In this document: positions 50,801 to 59,300 of the stretch, one piece after another
How positions within the stretch are numbered: position 1 is the stretch's first letter
Layout of the letters: every line of letters starts with the position of its first letter
NCBI RefSeq assembly: GCF_001194135.2
Contig: NC_068982.1
Span: 166,454,626-166,518,625, forward strand
Direction of reading: 5' to 3'
Length of the DNA: 64,000 nucleotides
Origin: Octopus bimaculoides
Taxonomy: Eukaryota
The notes under the pieces: generated by a model
The model's database searches: none
Told to the model about the DNA's origin: nothing
The model's input: only the letters and a program-made list of their open reading frames with translations
Program-made: the position numbers and the translations under genes

Positions 50801-53329
50801 AGGAGACACAAACACCCACGCACACACTGAAACACAAATATGCATATACAATGGGTTCCTTTCAATTTTGCTCTACCAAATCCATTTGCAAAGGTTTTGG
50901 TCAGCTTAGGGTAATAGTAGAAGACATTTCCTCAAGGTACCATGCAGTGAGACTAAACCTGGACAAATGTATGCATGAATATATATATGTGTGTGTGTAT
51001 ATGTATGTGTGTGAATGCTTACATTCTGCAATGTCTTTATAAGAAATCATTTGAGCAAAAGTGTTGAATTTTGTTGACAATCCCTATCAATAAACCCTCC
51101 ACGGTAGCTTTGAACTTTTAAAGTCAAGAATAAAAATTCCTTACTTGAAAAACAGGAATAGGTTAACAACAAGAAGAGTATAAGGCTATAAAATAATGTC
51201 TCAATAACTAATCCAACCTAATCTAGCATGAAATTAAGTGAAGAAATATACACATATTTGCATGAAGACCCGAGAAGACCCGGCAAGCCAAGTGAGACCT
51301 AAATCCAAGGCCTCTGCCAGGGGTGTAGCCAGCCCACTTATGCGTACCTTTCCGACATTGGACACTAAACTCTGCTTGCGAAGACTTGTTGAGGCATGTG
51401 AAATCGAACTAAATTCGACGACTGGCACCCGTGCCAACGTCGTCTCCTTCATTGGACATGAAACTCAGCTTGCGAAGACTTATTGAGGCAAGCGAAAGCG
51501 AAATCGGGATAGCACCTGTGCCCAGCGTCGCCTTTCTGGCACTTGTGCCTGTGACATGTGTAAGCGAGATCGTTGCCAGTGCTCCTGGACTGGCTCTTAT
51601 GCGGGTGGCACATAAAATACACCAGTTTGAGCGTAGCCGTTGCCAGTACCGCCTGACTGGCCTTCATAGGATTTTCAAGCGAGATCGTTGCCAGTGCCCC
51701 TGGACTGGCTCTTGTGCGGGTGGCACATAAAATGCACCATTTTGAGCGTGGCCGTTGCCAGTACCGCCTGACTGGCCTTCATGCGGGTGACATGTAAAAG
51801 CACCCACTACACTCTCTGAGTGGTTGGCATTAGGAAGGGCATCCAGCTGTAGAAACTCTGCCAAATCAGATTGGAGCCTGGTGTTGCCATCCGGTTTCCC
51901 CAGTCCTCAGTCAAATCGTCCAACCCATGCAAGCATGGAAAGCGGACGTTAAACGATGATGATGATGATGATGATGATATATACTTGAGAATTTAAACTT
52001 ATTATGCCTAAATAGAAAAAATCCACTGCATGGGTAGAAAAGTTCACAACTCTTAAAACAAAAAAAGAAAATTAAAAAAAAAAACAACTGAGACAAAGAT
52101 ATAGATACTTACTTGAACTAGGATAGTACTGTCAGCTTTGTGAGCCATCATTTGATTGATGGACATAAAAAGCTGTCTCAAACTAATCTCAAACTGTTCC
52201 CGGCCACGTTCATCATTGATTCTGACAAGATAAGCAGACAATAATTAATGTTCTGACCCACAAAACACTGTAAATGGAAACACACTAAACTATCTCTGGT
52301 TAGTATAGTAATATTATTATCCTGTCATTTCTTATATTCCTTCTAGACTAGTTTAATGCATTTGCATCCTAATGTTTATATAGTTGATTCTATGGTTTTA
52401 ATAACTTAGAAAATGTTATATCTTATTCTCAGAGCATGTTCTGATGTTATCATGCATTTATTCTGATTTTCTTGAGCACACCCTAAGCTTTCACTATTTC
52501 AATCTCTTTCATCTTTCTCCCAATGTTTTGGGGTTTTTAATTATGCACATTTTAAACCTGATTTCAAAGTAAATAAATTCATTAAGTTCAAACTCTGTGA
52601 TGGTGAACATTCCACCTAAGAATAAAATATAACAGAGCAAAAGTAAAAAAATAAAAATAAAAAAAGAAAGATAAAAAAAGAAAGAAAGAGAAAACGAAAT
52701 GAAATATGATGTGCTACTTACATAGAAAAGAGAAAGCGAGATCGGATTATAAATTTCATGATATACTCCAAGGATTTCATGGCAATGAAAAGTGTAGGAT
52801 TGGACTCAAGTGCTGAATCAACATAGTCTTTCAAGATAACAATTAATTTACTGAAATATATTAAATGTTCATACAAATTAAGAACTGATACAATCAGGGG
52901 GGTAAGGATTCTACAGGAAAATAGCTTTAAGATAATGAACATTTAAAAAAAGAACATCCTTAATTTCTGCATGCTTGTTTGTTTAATTAAAAATAAGAGA
53001 GCAAGTACAAAATATTATTTTACCACATTTAGCATCAAACATAATATGCACAATGATATTTATTACCTACTGGATATGTTTCAAGAACCAATAAAAAATT
53101 TTTTCCAACATCTTCAAAATTCAGTAACTTTGAAAGAAAGATGTTGTTAATGTAATAAGAGGTAAAAGCAAATCTATCATGCAAGGATGATNNNNNNNNN
53201 NNNNNNNNNNNNNNNNNNNNNNNNNNNNNNNNNNNNNNNNNNNNNNNNNNNNNNNNNNNNNNNNNNNNNNNNNNNNNNNNNNNNNNNNNNNNNNNNNNNN
53301 NNNNNNNNNNNNNNNNNNNNNNNNNNNNN

Positions 53330-53365
<36 letters not shown>

Positions 53366-56300
53366 AACAGAGTTGATATGTTTCTTTTTTGTATATATTA
53401 AAGTGGACACTATATCTCTTAACAGTAAAATGATTCATCAGATTTTTTTTTATGTCACATTGTGATAAGCTCTACCTTCATATTGCCATGATAAAATGGC
53501 TGTTTTTATAAATGTGTACATTTTCTTAAGAATTACTGGGGTAAATGCTTTATTCTGTTTATAGGAAGGATCCAATAATTACAAAATGGAGAAGGTTGCA
53601 TTTCCCAGTTAGGAAGCCTGAAGAAAGCAGAGTAAAACTTCTTGTATTGTAGCACAGCATAATGCTTCTATGTTTCAATTGAATACTTTATCCCTTTGTC
53701 ATTAGTGCCACTCATATAACTATAGATTGTATGAGACCTACCCACATCCAATCCTCATCATTATTTTCACAAGGCTGATAGATAAGAGACTGCACAGGAA
53801 TTATTTGTAGACAATACCTTCACTCTTTCCGTATAGCCAATCATCACTCATGCTTGTAGGTCACTTTTAATTGTCATCCATCAATTTCCTTTCCCCATCA
53901 TCTACCTCTTTTATTACCCAACACATACATACACACACACACTCTCTCTCTCTCTCTCTCTGTTTCTAGCATCACACTCTTGATCCTTTCACTCACCCAT
54001 CCTCACTCTTCTGTCATTGTTCTCTCCCCTGTCATTTCCGCAGTTGTATTACCTTTAACAGACAAACACATCGTAAAGTAGTGAGCACATTTTACTCTTA
54101 AGGTGTGCAAGGCAACCCTTTATGTGCTGGTGCCATGATAAAATGCACCAGTACATTCTGTAGAATGGATGGTAATAAGGCATCTAGTTGTAGAAACGAA
54201 ACCAAAAATGGAACACATAAGTGTGATGTAGCCTTCTCATCACTCTAGGAAGATAGTAACTCTAAATAAAATGTGACCTGGACTGTAAGAACCTGCCCAA
54301 CTCATGCCAACACAGAAAGCAGTCAGAAATGATGATGAATTATAATTAATGGTTTACTATCTTGATCCTGCACCTTGTAATTTCTTACAAAAGGACAAAA
54401 TTTTATGTTTATAAAGAAGGTAAATTGAGATTGTGATTTTTCTGCCTCTGTCAATCATATATGTGTATTATTAACTCAATTTGCTTGGAGTTTACTCCCA
54501 CCATAATTACTGTATTAGCAGATTAAAGAAATCTGCAGTAGAAACAGATGGTTGTCTCAGAATTAAGCTGTTCAGAGTTTCAGAATTTAACATAGAAAAA
54601 GTGGAGAATTATTTTTAACTGATTGATAGAAGCAGCTGAAAGACATACCTGTAGGCCATTGCAAAACTGAAAGTTACTGTAATGTAAGTATCAAGGACAG
54701 GCCTGAACTGCTGGTATTTTCGATCAGAAATTAGAGAGATGATATGGGTCTAGAGAAATAAGAGAAAGAAAGTTAGTTTGGGATAGAATCAGAAATAAAC
54801 AATTTGAAAATAAACAAAAAGAAAAAAAAAGAAAAAAAGAAGTGTTGACAGAACTAATATTGATTACAAATTTTTGCACAAGACCAGCAATTCAGGGGTG
54901 GGGGCGGGACAGGAGTGGAGACAATTACATTGACCCCGGTACTCAATTGGTACTTGTTTTTATCGAGCCCCAAAAGGATTAAAGCCGAAGCAACAAATAA
55001 TCTCAAAGAAGGCAGAGACATAACTAATTACCGATAGGCATTTAGTCTCATACTCAACTATTGCTGTCCCTTCCTGTCTTCAAACTCGGGACGTGAAGAT
55101 GGATGAAATGCAGCTAAGCATTTCGCCCAGCTTGCCACTTAAGTGAAAGAAGTAATACCGGTTTCAGACTTTGCTACAAGTGCACCAATTTTAGGGAGGG
55201 GATGAGTCGATTACATCAACCCCAGTGTTCAACTGGTACTTATTTTATTAACCTTTAAAGGATAAAAAGGAAAAGTCATCCTCAGTGAAATTTGAACTCA
55301 GAATGTGAAGACAGGCAAAATGCTGATAAGCAGCATTTTGCTCGGTATACTAAAGATTCTGCCCGCTTGCTGCCTTAATTGGTAGAATATTAATAATAGC
55401 TTCTTATTCCAGTAAGCACAATGACTGGTACTTATTTTATCAACTCCAGAAGGAACAAAATGATGAGTAAACTCTAATGGAATAGGAGTTTAGAGTGTTG
55501 AGTAACTAATTGTTGTCAGATCTTTAGGCCTACTATTCCATGGCTTTTGCTACCCCATCTACAAATAATGATAATAATTGTTTTTTCAGGCACAAGGCCA
55601 GTAATTATGAGGGGAGGAAGATAATCAATTACATCAACCCCAGTACTTCACAGGCCCCTTATTTACTGATTCTATAAGAGTCAGGTTGACCCTGACAGGA
55701 AGATAGCATACAGTCCAATGCATTTAATCCAGTACCCTCTCATTCCACGCCTCTTTTCTCATGAAATCTTACTATAATGATGATTACACAGTGATATGTA
55801 TGTATGTATCTAAAAAAAGAAAAACATCCCCTTCTATCATCTTACCTAAGTACATCAAACTACAATTACCTTGATTTGTAAAACATTTCAAGAACAAAAC
55901 AAAACCATCATCAACATCTGAAACCTTGGATTGAACTAGGAACCTTTAACTTTTCAGCCTAACCCTCTATCAGCAGAGCTATTTTAGTTATCTATGAATG
56001 GGTTTGTAATTTGTAGAAATATATTTACTGCCATTAAAATGAGAGTATTTTGCTAAAGTAAATGAAACAAAATACATTAAAAAATGAGAATAACAATATT
56101 CCAAATTAATAAGTTTGCTCTGTTTTTTTTTTTATTTAATTTTATATATTTCTTTTACATGTTTTAAATTTGTCTGAAGTCTAATATTTACATAAATAAG
56201 AGAACAGACATATTGCCACTATGGCAAACATACTTCTTAACAACCAAGACTTTTATCATCAGACATTTCAGGGTTTGGTAGGCATATGCAACAATTCAGT

Positions 56301-59300
56301 TGTTGCTCAAACTGCTGAAATTATTAGTCCAAACTTTCACAAGTCACATCCTTAAATAAAGGCTATATTGAACAATATAATTCCTGATATACAAATGATG
56401 GGATTTTCATGACTAGAACACCTATAATCATAGCTTTTTGACTACAATAAGTTTGGAACTACTGTGTGTTTGAGGCTACCAATTATGAAAGATGAGTATA
56501 GGTGATTTAATTAACTCCTAATATATTACTAGTAATAATAAATCCTGGAGAGATGAACAACAACATAAATGTGAGATTGAACTGGAAACTAAATACCACA
56601 AAGCATACTGACCAGCTCTTTGATATCTTTGCCCCTTACCAGCCATTTCTAACACAGACACAAAGGCCACAAATATACTGGAATGGAATTTAGTAAATTA
56701 AATTGATCCTATTATTTGACTGGTACTGTTTTACTGACTTTATCAGGATGAACGTCAGCTGAAGCAACATATAATCTCAAAGAATGCAGAGAAATAACTA
56801 ATTACTGATAGGCATTTAGTCTAGTACTCAACTACTGCTGTCCCTTCCTGTCTTATAAAATAAGTTTCAAACTCTGGCACAAGGCCATAAATTTACAAGG
56901 AAGGAGTTTTGATGATTTGTCCCTTGTATTTAATTTATACTTATTTTATCAAACCTAGAAAGATAATATTTGATATAGGTTTCTTCCAAACATGCTGGGT
57001 ACTGTATTACAAGTAAAGCAGAGATCTGTGCTAGAAATCACAGACACACTACTCAGATATTAGAGTAGAAATGTTAAAAATCAAAGATAAAAAAATTACA
57101 CTAGTTTCTAAATGTTTTAATCTCATGTGAACATCCCAGTTCAATGTGGAACTAAAATTTCTTTAGGAACGATAAGAATATAGAAGGAAAAGAAGCAGGT
57201 CACTCACCAAAGATGTGAACACTAAATTTTCATAGGTATCTGAATTGTTGTTTTGCATTAAAATACTGAATAATGAATCAAGCAGATCTTGTAAAAACTG
57301 AAGAGAAAGTGAGAGAAAAATGGAAATGAAATAAAACTTTTTATTTACTTAAATTATTTATCTAATTACAACAAATTGGTAAAGGAAATAAAAGAAACAT
57401 TTGTTTTCTGGATAGCCTGCAGTTACCATTGATGATAGCACTAAACATCATAGTTTCAAGTATTTGGTAAATAACTTTTGATGATTTATGAAACACATAA
57501 ATATATTGTAAATGACAAAAAATATAAAAGTTATATATAAGACAGTTTCCACCAAAGGACATTCATAACAATAAAAATCTTATTAGAATTAGAACAATGG
57601 ACAGATAATAAGATTTTCTTTTTAATTATATTTGCTTCCTCATATTTTATGGGTAAAATTTTTAATTTTTTAAATTTCTTTATTCATACCAATTAAACAA
57701 TTGAAAATGAATTGATGGCATTAGAATTTTTAGTAAGAATTCTTTTTTCACCACATCACACTTATTTATAGCTAGTGAGATTGGAGCATGTGTGGTTAAT
57801 TCTTTAACTGGGAAACAGCTACCGTAATGATTTAGACATCTGTGACACTTTATGCATCATATACAAGTTTAAAATGATTTATTTTTGATGGTTTTCATTG
57901 AAAACAATAGTTCTCAGCACTTTGCAGTTGATATTTCTCCAGTAGTTTAGTCTGAAGGAAAGGGAGGTACTTATGGCCATTGAAACTCTGACAGACAGTT
58001 GAGATTGATCTGATTAATGTTAATCTTGAATTCCTCCAAGTTGATGGTTGTTCAAGGGAAGTTAGACACATTATTGTTTTCTTTGTATATGTAGTGGTTA
58101 TATTTTTGTATTGCTGAAGGAGACAAGAATGACATGACCCCATAAGATAATATTTTCAAAGTCTCTGTTCATGGAGTTAGATAATGTTTAATGTGGAGTA
58201 TCAAGGATGATGATACTTGGATGCAGAAGGTTAAGGTAGAATGAAGAGTAGTGTCAATTGTATAAGAGGAGGCTTTGTTGATGGGGAAAGAAAGTAGGTA
58301 GTGGAGCACACCAGAACAGATAGAATGTGGGTCAAAGAGAGCTCCATCAGCACACATCACAATGGTGCAATCTGAGAGGAAGCCATTGATCCAGAACTCA
58401 AGAGAGAGAAGCCCATTGGTGAGCAATTTTGTGCACCAGACATGGATGAATGATGTCAAGTGCAAAAACAATTTTCACCAAATTTTTCAAGTGTAAGTGC
58501 TCACTGATGAGTGACATAGGAGGGTAGAACTCCAGTAGATCTAGCTTTATGAGAACCATAGTGATTATTATTGAGGGTAAGAAATTCAAGGTGCTGGAGA
58601 AAGGTGACTGTTAATAGCTGTTTTCATTATCTTTGAAACTTTGGCAGTGAGTGTGATAGGATGGCAGCCAGCAGAGTCAGAGTAGCTGCTTTTTCTGAGA
58701 ATGAAATTCTAAGAGATATTTTACATCATTCATACCAAAATCTCTGTTGCAATAACCCTGGAAAAATTAATTTAAGGAATTATCAAGTATTTTTCCTGCA
58801 TTTCCTTTGAGCCCAAAATTGTGGAAAGAATTTACCAAGGTATAGTATTTCTCTTTCTTCTTCTTGCGTCCTGACAAGAAACATTTAAAAGGATTAAAAG
58901 TGTAAAAATAATGTCTACCTTCACAATCTCTTCACCATCCACAGTCATCAACTCTTCTAGATGCTTCTTTAAGGCAGCAGAATCATTTAATATTTCTTGC
59001 CATTTTAGTAAACCAAGGAGATTTACTGTAAGAACAGACAAAAAAAAAAATTGAAATACACAACTGATTGGGTCAAGATAATTCAAACCTACTACACACA
59101 AACAATTATAATTCTTAAAAGGTGATAAAATTAATTGTGGTAATGTAATTTATACACTATTCCTTTATTCAATAAAAGAACATATTAGCCTCAAGGTAGA
59201 AATCCCTATGTAATGGCTAAGAGATAAGCAATGTTATGATCTTTGCAAGCAAATAGAAATTTATAAAACAGTAGTTAACATATACTAACCATTATGGGTT

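Noticed and set aside
53035-53170. [15 protein letters not shown] resembles DOCK PVLETY and suggested a duplicated or mutually exclusive exon
   Set aside because: The true exon is at 54649-54749. Similarity is limited to 5 residues and I found no phase-compatible splice sites.
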